Source of the DNA: Clostridia bacterium
GTDB taxonomy: Bacteria; Bacillota; Clostridia; JAAYHZ01
Assembly (NCBI GenBank): GCA_050950825.1
Contig: JBMNIH010000011.1
Location: 1 to 64,000 of the forward strand
Length of the DNA: 64,000 nt
Reading direction: 5' to 3'
Shown here: piece by piece, positions 31,512-41,055 of the stretch
How the letters are laid out: every line of letters starts with the position of its first letter
How positions within the stretch are numbered: position 1 is the first letter of the stretch
Notes under the pieces: generated by a model
Database searches by the model: none
The model's input: the letters and a program-made list of their open reading frames with translations, nothing else
Told to the model about the DNA's origin: nothing
Program-made: the position numbers and the translations under genes

Positions 31512-32444
31512 TTAATCTCGTAATTCTTTTCCGGTGATTTCAAGGAAAACGTCGTTTAATGTGGGCAGCTCGGAATAGATCTTCCCGAATTGAATTCCTT
31601 CTTTCTTTATGAAATCCAATACCGCTTCCAAATTGTTTCGGCCTTTTCCGGATTGAATCACCAAAAGATTTCCGGAATAATGTACCGACAAGACGTTGGG
31701 GATACTCTTAAGGCTTTGAATTTGCTCGTCGGTAATGGAAAAGGCTTCTACGGTAATCTTTTCGCCTAAGGTGATCATATCCTTTAATTGCTCCTTCGTT
31801 CCTAAGGCAATGGCCTTTCCCTTGTCTAAAATCATGATTCTCGAACAAATTTGCTCCACTTCTTCCATGTAGTGAGAGGTATACACGACGGTAGCCCCCT
31901 GTCGATTCAGTTCCATTATGCCGTCCAAAATTCGGTTTCGGCTTTGCGGGTCAATGGCAACGGTGGGTTCATCCATAAAGATAAGCTTCGGTTTGTGGGC
32001 AATTCCGCAAGCGATGTTTAATCGGCGTAAAAGGCCTCCGCTTAGTTTTTTCGGATAGAACCGGGAAAAATCGTTCAGACCCGTAAATTCGATGGCTTCT
32101 TGCACAAGCTTTTTTCTTAAGGCTTTGTCCGGAACATACAAGCCGCAGAAGTAATCGATGTTTTCATAAACGGTCAGCTCGTTGTATACCGCTACGTTCT
32201 GCATGACGATGCCGATTTGGCGCTTGATGTCGTAAGCATCCGGTGTCATGGGCTTTCCGAAAATCTCAATGTCGCCCTTTTCATATTCCAACAAGGACAA
32301 TATGCAATTGATGGCCGTGGTTTTCCCGGAGCCGTTCGGACCTAAAAGACCGAAAATCTCTCCTTCTTTTACCTGCAACGATAAGTGGTCCAGCGCTACC
32401 AAATCTCCGTAACGCTTCACTAAGTTTTTAACGTTTATAACCAT
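31512..32444 (-). CDS. ABC exporter ATP-binding protein
   Basis: GPNGSGKT, LSGG, DEPT, SHYMEE, LNDVFL. Confidence 0.95.
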   Translation of the reverse strand: MVINVKNLVKRYGDLVALDHLSLQVKEGEIFGLLGPNGSGKTTAINCILSLLEYEKGDIEIFGKPMTPDAYDIKRQIGIVMQNVAVYNELTVYENIDYFCGLYVPDKALRKKLVQEAIEFTGLNDFSRFYPKKLSGGLLRRLNIACGIAHKPKLIFMDEPTVAIDPQSRNRILDGIMELNRQGATVVYTSHYMEEVEQICSRIMILDKGKAIALGTKEQLKDMITLGEKITVEAFSITDEQIQSLKSIPNVLSVHYSGNLLVIQSGKGRNNLEAVLDFIKKEGIQFGKIYSELPTLNDVFLEITGKELRD

Positions 32445-32515
32445 GAATAGGTATCCTCCTTTTTGCTTTTCGTATCTTACATCCTCATTTTACGGTTCCC
32501 GGATACCCGATAACA

Positions 32516-32551
32516 GTGTCTTCCATCATATTCTCAAGATGACAAATGTCA
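32516..32551. promoter_or_regulatory. Candidate NarL-family response regulator binding site
   Basis: Inverted repeat TGACAAATGTCA (32540-32551) with a degenerate copy at 32516-32529, between the divergent ABC and two-component operons. Confidence 0.5.
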
Positions 32552-32600
32552 CAAGATCGTGTTACAATGAAAAAAACGTTATTGGACATGAGGTTTTAAG

Positions 32601-33677
32601 ATGCATACGGAGAATTTAATCGATAAAACCGTTCTATTCTTATGCTGCCTGGTCTTTTATCTTTGCCAAAATGCATTTGAAAGCCGGGTGGCCGTCGTCC
32701 TTACGGCTGTGTCCTTCGGCACGTTCCTCAGCTATTTCGACAAGGAGATCGTAAAGGTCCTAATAACGGTTTTTTACTCCGTTTTATGCCTTCTTTATCC
32801 CCCTTTGGTCCTTTACCTTCCGGTTATTGCGTACGACATGATATTCAATAAATACCAAGCCGTAAATCTTGTAGCCATCGCTCCTTTTGTTCTTTTTGCC
32901 CAAAATGCTCCTCTTCCCGTAACCGCGACGGTTGCAAGTATGCTGTTTTTCTCCCTCTTGCTCCGCTGCCGCACCCAAAAGAAAATTGACTATAAACGGC
33001 AGTGCAGCATCCTATCCGACAAAACCTTGGAGATGTCCCGGCTCCTTGAGGAGCAAAAACGAGATTTAATCGCCCGACAAGACGACGAGCTTGCCATCGC
33101 CACCTTAAATGAGCGAAACCGCATTGCCAGGGAAATCCATGACAATGTGGGTCATCTTCTGTCCGGCTCGATTCTGCAGACGGCGGCCCTTCAAACCGTA
33201 GCAAAGGACAAAGGGATAAAAGAAGGCTTGGAAACCCTAAACCGCACCCTGACCCAAGCCATGGACAATATACGCCAAAGCGTCCATGATATTTACGACC
33301 AATCCATCGATTTGAATCTGGAAATCGAGAAAATCATAGACCGGTTTCAATTTTGCGAGGTCCGCTACGATTATTCTTTCAATAGCAATCAGGATAAAAA
33401 ATTAAAGTACGCCTTCATCGCCATTGTCAAGGAGGCTTTGGCCAATGTTGCCAAGCATTCCGACGCCACTTACGTCTCTATAACGTTTCGGGAGCACCCC
33501 GCCTTCTACCAATTGGTCATAAAAGACAACGGGCACGTAAAGGAATACCGAACCGATGAAGGGTTGGGCTTAAAAAACATGGCGGACCGGGTAGAGTCCT
33601 TTCACGGTCATATGAATATTTCCGTTGACCAAGGTTTTCAAATATTTATTACCATTCCGAAGGAGAAACAAGAATGA
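32601..33677 (+). CDS. Membrane sensor histidine kinase (HisKA_3)
   Basis: Hydrophobic N-terminus, ERNRIAREIHDNVGH, EALANVAKHS, DNG, GLGLKNM. Confidence 0.95.
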   Translation: MHTENLIDKTVLFLCCLVFYLCQNAFESRVAVVLTAVSFGTFLSYFDKEIVKVLITVFYSVLCLLYPPLVLYLPVIAYDMIFNKYQAVNLVAIAPFVLFAQNAPLPVTATVASMLFFSLLLRCRTQKKIDYKRQCSILSDKTLEMSRLLEEQKRDLIARQDDELAIATLNERNRIAREIHDNVGHLLSGSILQTAALQTVAKDKGIKEGLETLNRTLTQAMDNIRQSVHDIYDQSIDLNLEIEKIIDRFQFCEVRYDYSFNSNQDKKLKYAFIAIVKEALANVAKHSDATYVSITFREHPAFYQLVIKDNGHVKEYRTDEGLGLKNMADRVESFHGHMNISVDQGFQIFITIPKEKQE

Positions 33678-34291
33678 AAACAGTCATTATCGATGACGAT
33701 CCCTTAGTAACGTCTTCATTGAAAATTATTTTGGAATCGGACCCGGATATAAAGGTGGCGGGAACGGGCAACAGCGGTTCGGAAGCCCTTTCTCTTTACC
33801 GGCAAATGAAACCGGACGTTCTTTTAATGGATATCCGGATGGACGGTATGACGGGGTTAGAAGCGGCGGAAAGCATTTTAAAAGACGATCCCAATGCCAA
33901 AATATTGTTCTTAACCACATTTTCCGACTACGAATACATTGCCAAAGCCTTTCAAATCGGTGCCAAAGGATACATCCTAAAGCAAAACTACCAAAGCATC
34001 ATTCCTTCCGTCAAGGCCGTCTTTTTAGGACAGCGCGTCTTCGGAGACGAAATTATGAGCAAACTTCCCGCCTTCGGCGCGAAGGCTCCTAAGGATTTTA
34101 AAAGGTTCGATTTAAGCGACAAGGAAATCGAAATCATGACCTTGGTGGCAAAGGGGCTTTCCAACAAGGAAATCTCCGAAACCCTGTTTTTAGGGGAAGG
34201 CACCGTTCGAAACTACATCAGCACCATACTGGACAAGCTGAACCTTCGAGACCGGACCCAGCTTGCCATCTTTTATTATAGGAATATATAG
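33674..34291 (+). CDS. NarL/LuxR-family response regulator
   Basis: IIDDD, LMDIRM, LTTF, GYILK, GLSNKEI...EGTVRNY. Confidence 0.95.
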   Translation: MKTVIIDDDPLVTSSLKIILESDPDIKVAGTGNSGSEALSLYRQMKPDVLLMDIRMDGMTGLEAAESILKDDPNAKILFLTTFSDYEYIAKAFQIGAKGYILKQNYQSIIPSVKAVFLGQRVFGDEIMSKLPAFGAKAPKDFKRFDLSDKEIEIMTLVAKGLSNKEISETLFLGEGTVRNYISTILDKLNLRDRTQLAIFYYRNI

Positions 34292-34407
34292 ATATTTTAC
34301 CGTTGTCCCTTCACAAGATGAGGATAACAAGTCATTTTCATGCCGTATTTTTCTTACGATAACCGGTAAAAAGATGCTTTTTTATTGTCCTTCGCCTTCA
34401 TTGGCTT

Positions 34408-34444
34408 TCGGATAGTTGACTAGTCAACTATCCGACGCTATAAT
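34408..34444 (+). promoter_or_regulatory. Sigma-A promoter overlapped by a perfect 28-bp palindromic operator (likely MarR autoregulation)
   Basis: TCGGATAGTTGACTAGTCAACTATCCGA (34408-34435). TTGACT(34416)-17 nt-TATAAT(34439). Confidence 0.8.
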
Positions 34445-34480
34445 ATATTCAATCTTATTGGAAACAGAGGTCTTTTTATC

Positions 34481-34924
34481 ATGTTATACATCCGGGATAT
34501 GTGGCTGGCCATGAAAAACGTAATTCGAACCGCAAGAAAAACCATCAACAAAAATTTAGAGCCCTTGAATTTATCCGGTGCCGAAGGCGACATGTTATAC
34601 ATCCTTCTGACCGGCAGCAACGGCCTTCGACAGGAACAGCTTGCGGAGCAATTGGATATCGGAAAAGCCGCCGCCTCTCGTGTTATTGATTCTCTTGAAG
34701 CAAAAGGCTACGTGATGCGCATGCGCGAAGACGAAGACAAGCGAGCTTACCGTATCCTTCTTACGGATACGGCATATACTGCAGAAGAAAGTATCAAAGC
34801 CGTTTACGACAATCTCTACGCCCTCGTGAGAAAAGGTATCGCCGACGAGGATGTACTTCATGTGGGGCACCTATTGTCTCGCATAGTGGATAATCTAAAC
34901 GGAGGAACCGAAAATGTTGATTGA
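34481..34924 (+). CDS. MarR-family regulator
   Basis: QEQLAEQLDIGKAAASRVIDSLEAKGYV.R..DEDKRAYRILLT. Confidence 0.9.
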   Translation: MLYIRDMWLAMKNVIRTARKTINKNLEPLNLSGAEGDMLYILLTGSNGLRQEQLAEQLDIGKAAASRVIDSLEAKGYVMRMREDEDKRAYRILLTDTAYTAEESIKAVYDNLYALVRKGIADEDVLHVGHLLSRIVDNLNGGTENVD

Positions 34925-35624
34925 GTTTATTAAAGGTTTCGGATTATTGGTGGCCTATTATCTCGTGTTTATTGCCATCGCCGTGGTTATGCGCAAATTT
35001 ATCGATATCCCGTCGGAGATCTTTCGTAAAATGCTGCATTTGATTGTCTTGGCCTCCGTATTTATTTTCACATACGGCTTTCAGACTTGGTGGATATCCT
35101 GTATAGCAGCCATCAGCTTCATAATCCTCATATTCCCCGTTCTTTCTTTATTGGAACGCTTGGAGGGCTTTTCTTGGTTTTTTGTGGAGCGCAAATCCGG
35201 AGAGCTCAAGCTCAGCCTGATCGTAGGCTTCGCTATGTTCGCGATTTTGACCGCCGCCGGCTGGGGACTGTTCGACAAAAAATACATCGTTGTCGTCTCC
35301 GTCCTTGCCTGGGGCTTCGGTGATGCTACGGCAGCGCTATTCGGCAAACGCTTCGGCAAGCACTACATTACGGGGAAACTGGTGGAGGGGCGCAAAACCT
35401 TGGAGGGCTCCTTGTCCATGTACGTCATATCTTTCATTACGGTATCGGTGATTTTGCTTGCCGAGGGCGCTTTCGTATGGTACGTCAGTTTATTGGCCGC
35501 CGCCTTAACCGCAGCCGCTTGCACGGCGGTGGAGCTGTATACAAGAAACGGGATGGACACCATCACCTGCCCTTTGGCATCGGCAGCGGTGATTATACTG
35601 TTTAACCACTTTTGGAGGTCGTAA
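34914..35624 (+). CDS. CTP-dependent polyprenol/diacylglycerol kinase-like membrane protein (CTP_transf_1)
   Basis: RKMLH, WGFGDATAALFGKRFG, KTLEGS, GMDTIT. Multi-TM. Confidence 0.8.
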   Translation: MLIEFIKGFGLLVAYYLVFIAIAVVMRKFIDIPSEIFRKMLHLIVLASVFIFTYGFQTWWISCIAAISFIILIFPVLSLLERLEGFSWFFVERKSGELKLSLIVGFAMFAILTAAGWGLFDKKYIVVVSVLAWGFGDATAALFGKRFGKHYITGKLVEGRKTLEGSLSMYVISFITVSVILLAEGAFVWYVSLLAAALTAAACTAVELYTRNGMDTITCPLASAAVIILFNHFWRS

Positions 35625-36262
35625 TGGAAACACAAAAATCCGGAGAACGCACCCTATTGGCCTCCATTCTCTTAAGCTCGCCCGGCCCTCTTGTGTTGGG
35701 TACGGCGCTTTTTTTCGGCCGTTCGTCCACGCAGATAGCCGATTTCGTACGACGTACGTCGGAGCTGGCGGCGATCTTCGTATCGTGGATCGTGTTTCGA
35801 AGGATCCGTAAGGAAGAGGAGATATCCTTTGAGCATAAAGAAAAATTGGAGAAAATCGCAAACTTAAGCGTCGGTATCGCCATGTGCTTATCCGGAACGG
35901 CCATGACATTAATCGCATTGCTGTCGGAAAATACGGAAAAAGGGAACGTAATTCCCGCCCTTGTTATCGCTCTTTTGGGAGTAATTACGAATTCTTGGTT
36001 TTGGATTCGCTATACCAATCTGGGTCGAAGCTTAAAAGACAACGTTCTTACGGTTCAAAGCAAGCTGTATCGTGCAAAAACCTTTGTAGATCTCTGCGTT
36101 ACCGCGGCGTTATTCGTCGTTGTCATTAAGCCTTCCTCCTCCGTTGCGGAAATAACGGATTTGGCAGGCTCCCTCATCGTTTCGCTGTATCTTTTCGTGA
36201 CCGGCATCGCCGTTATCGCCGGAAAAAGCTCCGTTGTGAAAAATCAAATAACGAAAGAATGA
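35624..36262 (+). CDS. Cation diffusion facilitator-like membrane domain protein
   Basis: About six TMs, SSTQIADFVRR, KLYRAKTFVD. Start overlaps the upstream stop. Confidence 0.6.
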   Translation: METQKSGERTLLASILLSSPGPLVLGTALFFGRSSTQIADFVRRTSELAAIFVSWIVFRRIRKEEEISFEHKEKLEKIANLSVGIAMCLSGTAMTLIALLSENTEKGNVIPALVIALLGVITNSWFWIRYTNLGRSLKDNVLTVQSKLYRAKTFVDLCVTAALFVVVIKPSSSVAEITDLAGSLIVSLYLFVTGIAVIAGKSSVVKNQITKE

Positions 36263-36305
36263 TTGGTCTTAAGGCTTAAACCGAGAAAGATAAAGGAGGA
36301 ATAAT

Positions 36306-37214
36306 ATGGATAACGCAAAAATTATGGAACGGATTACCCGAAGGCCCTCCGGAAAATTGGACATGGTGCTTGATACGGATACCTACAATGAAATCGACGA
36401 CCAATTTGCCCTCTGCTATGCTCTGTGCGCCGAAGACAAGCTGAATGTAAAAGCCGTTTACGCGGCACCTTTTTTCAATCCGAAGTCGGCCGGTCCGAAG
36501 GACGGAATGGAAAAAAGCTACGAAGAGATCGTAAAGCTTTTAAGCTCTATGGGAAAAAGCCATGAAGGCTTTGTTTTCAAAGGCTCGGATCGGTACTTGG
36601 AAGACCGAAGCACTCCATGCGACAATCCGGCGGTGCGGGATTTGATTGAAAAAGCATTGGCGCAGCCTGCGGATCGCCCTTTGTACGTCGCCTCCATCGG
36701 AGCCATTACGAATGTGGCGTCGGCCATACTGATAGAGCCTCGGATCATCGAAAAAATCGTGGTGGTATGGCAGGGAGGACATATTCATAGTTATCCTCAC
36801 ACGAGGGATTTTAACATGTACCAAGACAAAACGGCGGTCAACGTTGTTTTCGACAGCAAGGTTCCCTTGGTGCAGATACCCGCTAGAGGTGTTGCGTCCC
36901 AATTGATTACCACGCTGTACGACCTTTCCGCTCATTTGAAGGGTAAAAACAAGATGTGCGATATGTTGTTGGAAATTTATGAAGCTTGTACTTCCGATCA
37001 CTTCGGATACGGACGTGTGATTTGGGACATATCCACCATCGCTTGGCTCATTAATCCTTCGTGGGTGCCCGGGGCTTTTGTCAGCAGTCCGATTGTCAAT
37101 GAAAACGATCAATACAGCTTCGATCCGAGGCGCCATTTGATTTACTGTACCTACGACATCAACCGAAATGCCGTTTTCCGGGATATATACAAACGGTTGA
37201 TCGATTACGTGTAA
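36306..37214 (+). CDS. Nucleoside hydrolase (IU-NH family)
   Basis: VLDTDTYNEIDDQFA, IGAITNVA, DFNMYQD, VIWD. Confidence 0.9.
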   Translation: MDNAKIMERITRRPSGKLDMVLDTDTYNEIDDQFALCYALCAEDKLNVKAVYAAPFFNPKSAGPKDGMEKSYEEIVKLLSSMGKSHEGFVFKGSDRYLEDRSTPCDNPAVRDLIEKALAQPADRPLYVASIGAITNVASAILIEPRIIEKIVVVWQGGHIHSYPHTRDFNMYQDKTAVNVVFDSKVPLVQIPARGVASQLITTLYDLSAHLKGKNKMCDMLLEIYEACTSDHFGYGRVIWDISTIAWLINPSWVPGAFVSSPIVNENDQYSFDPRRHLIYCTYDINRNAVFRDIYKRLIDYV

Positions 37215-37451
37215 AGAATTAATCGGATATCCCGAAAAAGCAAGAAGCCCTTTCGCTTTAAGAGCCATTGATAAAAGGAGCATTCGGCTGCCTGTAAACC
37301 GTATATATGGACAGGTATGCCTTTTGTTTTATATGACCGGTTTTTTGACTGTACACATTTTTATTGCGAAGCTTTATGTCAATCACGTGAAAAATAGAAT
37401 TTATATTTTATCGAAAAAAAAGAAATAATACAAAAATTCACAAAAAACGAA

Positions 37452-37510
37452 TTGACAAACGGTCTCTTTGTTTTTATAATTCATATAATTCCGATAGGAA
37501 TAATAATATT
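37452..37510 (+). promoter_or_regulatory. Sigma-A promoter of metY with a downstream possible Rrf2/CymR-like operator
   Basis: TTGACA(37452)-17 nt-TATAAT(37475), followed by ATAATTCCGATAGGAATAATAATATT. Operator identity is inference. Confidence 0.6.
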
Positions 37511-37550
37511 ACCTTCATAAAGTATAATATGAACGGAAAGGCGGTATGTT

Positions 37551-38855
37551 ATGAAACAAAATAAGCAGTACAAGTTTGAAACCCTCCAGATACACGTCGG
37601 TCAAGAACAGCCCGACAGTGCAACCGGTGCGCGGGCTGTTCCCATATATGCCACCACCTCTTACGTGTTTGAAAACAGCGCCCAAGCGGCGGGACGATTT
37701 GCCCTTACCGAAAGCGGCAACATTTATACACGATTGATGAATCCTACTACCGATGTATTCGAAAAAAGAATCGCCGCGTTAGAAGGCGGTATCGGGGCCT
37801 TAGCCACCTCCTCCGGAGCGGCGGCCGTAGCCTATGCCATACAAAACATCGCCATTGCCGGCGACCACATCGTTTCCTCCAATGCCATTTACGGAGGCAC
37901 CTACAACTATTTTGCCAACACGTTAAAAGAGTCCGGAGTGGAAACCACTTTTGTAGACGGAAGCAATACAGACAACTTTAAAAACGCCATTCGTCCGAAT
38001 ACAAAAGCCATCTTCATCGAAAGCTTAGGAAATCCCAACAGCGATGTCATTGATATTGAGGCTGTAGCCAAGATTGCCCATGAAAACGGCATTCCCCTGC
38101 TTGTCGACAATACCTTCGCTACGCCTTTCCTTCTTCGCCCCATTGAATTGGGTGCCGACATCGTAATCCATTCCGCTACCAAGTTTATCGGCGGGCACGG
38201 AACCGTCCTCGGCGGCGTCATCGTGGACGGAGGCCGATTCGATTGGGCGGCAAACGATAAGTTCCCCGGTCTTTCGAAGCCTTGCCCCGGATACCACGGA
38301 ATCGTGTTTACCGAAGCGGTGGGAAAAGCGGCCTATATCATCAAGCTGCGCACAACCCTCATGAGAGATACCGGAGCCGCCATCAGTCCTTTTAACTCCT
38401 TCTTGTTGCTGCAGGGACTGGAAACACTGTCGCTTCGCGTGGAACGCCACGTAGAAAACGCGCTGAAAACCGTGGAGTTTTTGAAAAACCATCCCCAAGT
38501 GAAAAAAGTCAACCACCCCTCCTTGGAAGATCATCGGGACCATGAGCTTTACAAACGGTATTTCAAAAACGGTGCAGGCTCCATCTTTACATTCGAAATC
38601 AAGGGCGGAAGAAAAGCGGCTCAAAAATTCTGCGAAAGCTTGGAGCTCTTCTCTTTGCTGGCTAACGTAGCCGATGTGAAGTCCTTGGTCATTCATCCGG
38701 CTTCCACCACCCATTCCCAAATGACGGAAGAAGAGCTTTTGGCAAGCGGTATAACGCCTTCCACCATTCGGCTTTCCATCGGTACCGAACATATCGACGA
38801 TATTATCGACGATTTGCAGCAGGGCTTTGACGCCGTTAAGGATTTGGAGGATTAA
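37551..38855 (+). CDS. metY: O-acetylhomoserine aminocarboxypropyltransferase / sulfhydrylase
   Basis: FETLQIHVGQ, NIYTRLMNPT, DNTFATP, HSATKFIGGHG, LANVADVKSLVIHPASTTH, IRLSIGTE. Confidence 0.92.
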   Translation: MKQNKQYKFETLQIHVGQEQPDSATGARAVPIYATTSYVFENSAQAAGRFALTESGNIYTRLMNPTTDVFEKRIAALEGGIGALATSSGAAAVAYAIQNIAIAGDHIVSSNAIYGGTYNYFANTLKESGVETTFVDGSNTDNFKNAIRPNTKAIFIESLGNPNSDVIDIEAVAKIAHENGIPLLVDNTFATPFLLRPIELGADIVIHSATKFIGGHGTVLGGVIVDGGRFDWAANDKFPGLSKPCPGYHGIVFTEAVGKAAYIIKLRTTLMRDTGAAISPFNSFLLLQGLETLSLRVERHVENALKTVEFLKNHPQVKKVNHPSLEDHRDHELYKRYFKNGAGSIFTFEIKGGRKAAQKFCESLELFSLLANVADVKSLVIHPASTTHSQMTEEELLASGITPSTIRLSIGTEHIDDIIDDLQQGFDAVKDLED

Positions 38856-38945
38856 TCGTCTAACAAAGATCTTGCTCCTTGTTTCGAATATCCCAGGCTT
38901 TTGTAAAACATAATAGGGATAGAAAACGAAAAGGAGCAAGCCGCA

Positions 38946-39785
38946 ATGAAGAAAATTACTCTCCGGGAGTTTGTAACCCTTCTTGTACAAAAATCCAAAG
39001 AGGACAACATAGCGGACTATGCTTATCGAATGACCTATAGCCTGTTGTTGTCCTTCTTTCCTTTTGCGGCTTTTCTTTTGTCCTTGATAAGCATGGCGGA
39101 TTTGGATTATACCCTCCTTATGACCTTTTCCGAAGCCTTTTTACCGAAGGAAGTCTACAGGCTGATACATGAGAATGTGACCCAAACGGAAAAAGAGCTT
39201 CGTACCCAATTCATGTCCTATTCCGCCCTCTTTGCCCTTTACGCGGCATCCGGCGGTTTTCGAGCCTTTATGGAAGGAGCCGACCGAGTCACGAATTCTC
39301 AAAAAAAAAGAAAAGCTTTTATGAAGTACGTTCTATCCGTAATTTGGGTTGTTCTATTTTCCTTCGCCATCGTTTCCGCCTTGTTAGGCATCGTTTTCGG
39401 GCAAAAGATATTGAACAAAATCAAAGAGCATTTACCCGCGCTGCCCGGGGAAGAGCTGTTGAATCTTTTTCGTATTCTGCTTCCCTTGGTATTTGTGTTC
39501 ATTCTTTTTTTATCGATCAATATGTTCGTCCCGTCAAGGCAAATATGTTTTTCATGCGCCTTACCCGGCTCTGTTTTTGTCACCGCCTTGTGGACGATAG
39601 CCACCTTGCTTTTCGGATTTTACGTCAACCGTTTTACCGACTACTCGAGGTTTTACGGAACCGTCGGCTCCGTCATTATCTTGCTGGTTTGGCTGCAATT
39701 GACCTCGGTGATTTTGCTTCTCGGAATGGAAGTCAACGATATATTCATGGATAAAGGCATAATAAAACCGAAAGAGCCTAAATAG
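38946..39785 (+). CDS. YihY/BrkB family membrane protein
   Basis: LLSFFP, LYAASGG, PGS, YGTVGSVIILLVWL...LLGMEVN. Confidence 0.85.
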   Translation: MKKITLREFVTLLVQKSKEDNIADYAYRMTYSLLLSFFPFAAFLLSLISMADLDYTLLMTFSEAFLPKEVYRLIHENVTQTEKELRTQFMSYSALFALYAASGGFRAFMEGADRVTNSQKKRKAFMKYVLSVIWVVLFSFAIVSALLGIVFGQKILNKIKEHLPALPGEELLNLFRILLPLVFVFILFLSINMFVPSRQICFSCALPGSVFVTALWTIATLLFGFYVNRFTDYSRFYGTVGSVIILLVWLQLTSVILLLGMEVNDIFMDKGIIKPKEPK

Positions 39786-39798
39786 ATCTTTCGGTTTT
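39764..39798. terminator. Hairpin between convergent genes
   Basis: AAAACCGAAAGA...TCTTTCGGTTTT. Confidence 0.55.
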
Positions 39799-39838
39799 GT
39801 TATACCTTCCGTTCAAATTTCATTTTTATTTTTCTTTC

Positions 39839-40867
39839 TTACGATACGATTCTTCTTGCCGTAACATACCGATTCGTATAGTAAGAGGAATTTAAGCTGC
39901 TGATGCACACGCTCATGGCCGAGCCGGAGGATGCGTGAATAAATTCACCGTTTCCTATGTAAATGCCTACGTGTCCGATCCCGGACCCGGAGCCGGGACT
40001 CGTAAATAGAATCAAATCACCCGGACGCAATTCCGATCTGGATACTTCGTATCCTACCGCTCGCTGGTCCGCCGCCACCCGAGGAAGGGTGATGTTAAAG
40101 TGTGCATATACGTAACGTGTAAATCCGGAGCAATCAAAGGAGTTCGGGCCGTTTCCGCCGTATACGTAAGGTACGCCGAGAAACTGTTTCGCATAAGCCA
40201 CGATGGCTTCTCCCGTGGAGCCTCCGGAATAGTTGTATTCCGCCGTATCCAAAGCCTTCGGATTGCCGAAAAGCTTGGCCAAGGTGACGGGTCCTGCAAT
40301 GCCGTCCACCGTTAAGCCGTTTACCCTTTGAAAGGTCATAAGGCCGTTTCTCGTCCTCGATCCGAAATCCCCGTCCGGATACCCTACGTTGTATCCCAGC
40401 TCGTTTAATCGGCTTTGCAGAAGGGCCACTTGGTGTCCCTTGCTTCCCATTCTTAATGCGCCTTGTATCGGTACGGATTGTCCGACGCTTGGAGCGGGTT
40501 CGCTCGGATTGGCTCTCGATTCCGCTTGGCTATCGTTATCGCCGCTTTCCGGCAGCATCCTATCGGTCTGTTCGACTCCCGAAAACATAACGTCCCATGT
40601 GGCGGGTCCTACAACACCGTCCACCTCCAAGTCGTTCATCTTTTGGAACAGGATTACGGCTTCGATGGTTTGAGGACCGGCTACGCCGTCAATATCGCCT
40701 ACCGGATAACCGAGCTCGTAAAGCCGCTGCTGCATTTGGCGAACATGCTCACCCCGGTCGCCCGCTTTTATGTACACCGCCGCAAAAACCGAATGCGACG
40801 TGAACATGACGGCTATCAGGATCACAATTAATAATACGATTCGTTTTTTTATTTTTTTCATCGTCAA
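39839..40867 (-). CDS. NlpC/P60 peptidoglycan endopeptidase with PG_binding_1 domains
   Basis: Signal peptide, repeated DGVAGPQT/DGVVGPAT/DGIAGPVT, PYVYGG...FDCSG, HVGIYIG, FIHAS. Confidence 0.92.
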   Translation of the reverse strand: MTMKKIKKRIVLLIVILIAVMFTSHSVFAAVYIKAGDRGEHVRQMQQRLYELGYPVGDIDGVAGPQTIEAVILFQKMNDLEVDGVVGPATWDVMFSGVEQTDRMLPESGDNDSQAESRANPSEPAPSVGQSVPIQGALRMGSKGHQVALLQSRLNELGYNVGYPDGDFGSRTRNGLMTFQRVNGLTVDGIAGPVTLAKLFGNPKALDTAEYNYSGGSTGEAIVAYAKQFLGVPYVYGGNGPNSFDCSGFTRYVYAHFNITLPRVAADQRAVGYEVSRSELRPGDLILFTSPGSGSGIGHVGIYIGNGEFIHASSGSAMSVCISSLNSSYYTNRYVTARRIVS

Positions 40868-41055
40868 TTCCCACCCGTCAAAGATTTCCCGTTGTTTACC
40901 ATTTAATCACAACGGACGGTGCAAGTCAATGCGTCGGAGATTACAATGTTATTACAAAAAGAATACAAGGCAGGACAATGAAAAAATTTTGCATAAAAAA
41001 AAAGAGAAAGGAGGAGGATTTTAATCGAACGTCCTTTCTCGTATTACAACAAATG

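Noticed and set aside
37215-37550. SAM riboswitch or T-box upstream of metY
   Set aside because: No SAM-I or T-box consensus seen, and the promoter lies only ~70 nt before the start codon.
38025-38990. Long antisense ORFs such as 38025..38990, 36540..37283, 43012..43821, 53308..54045 and 55953..56720
   Set aside because: They lie opposite well-conserved genes, have no motifs or RBS, and are explained by codon bias.
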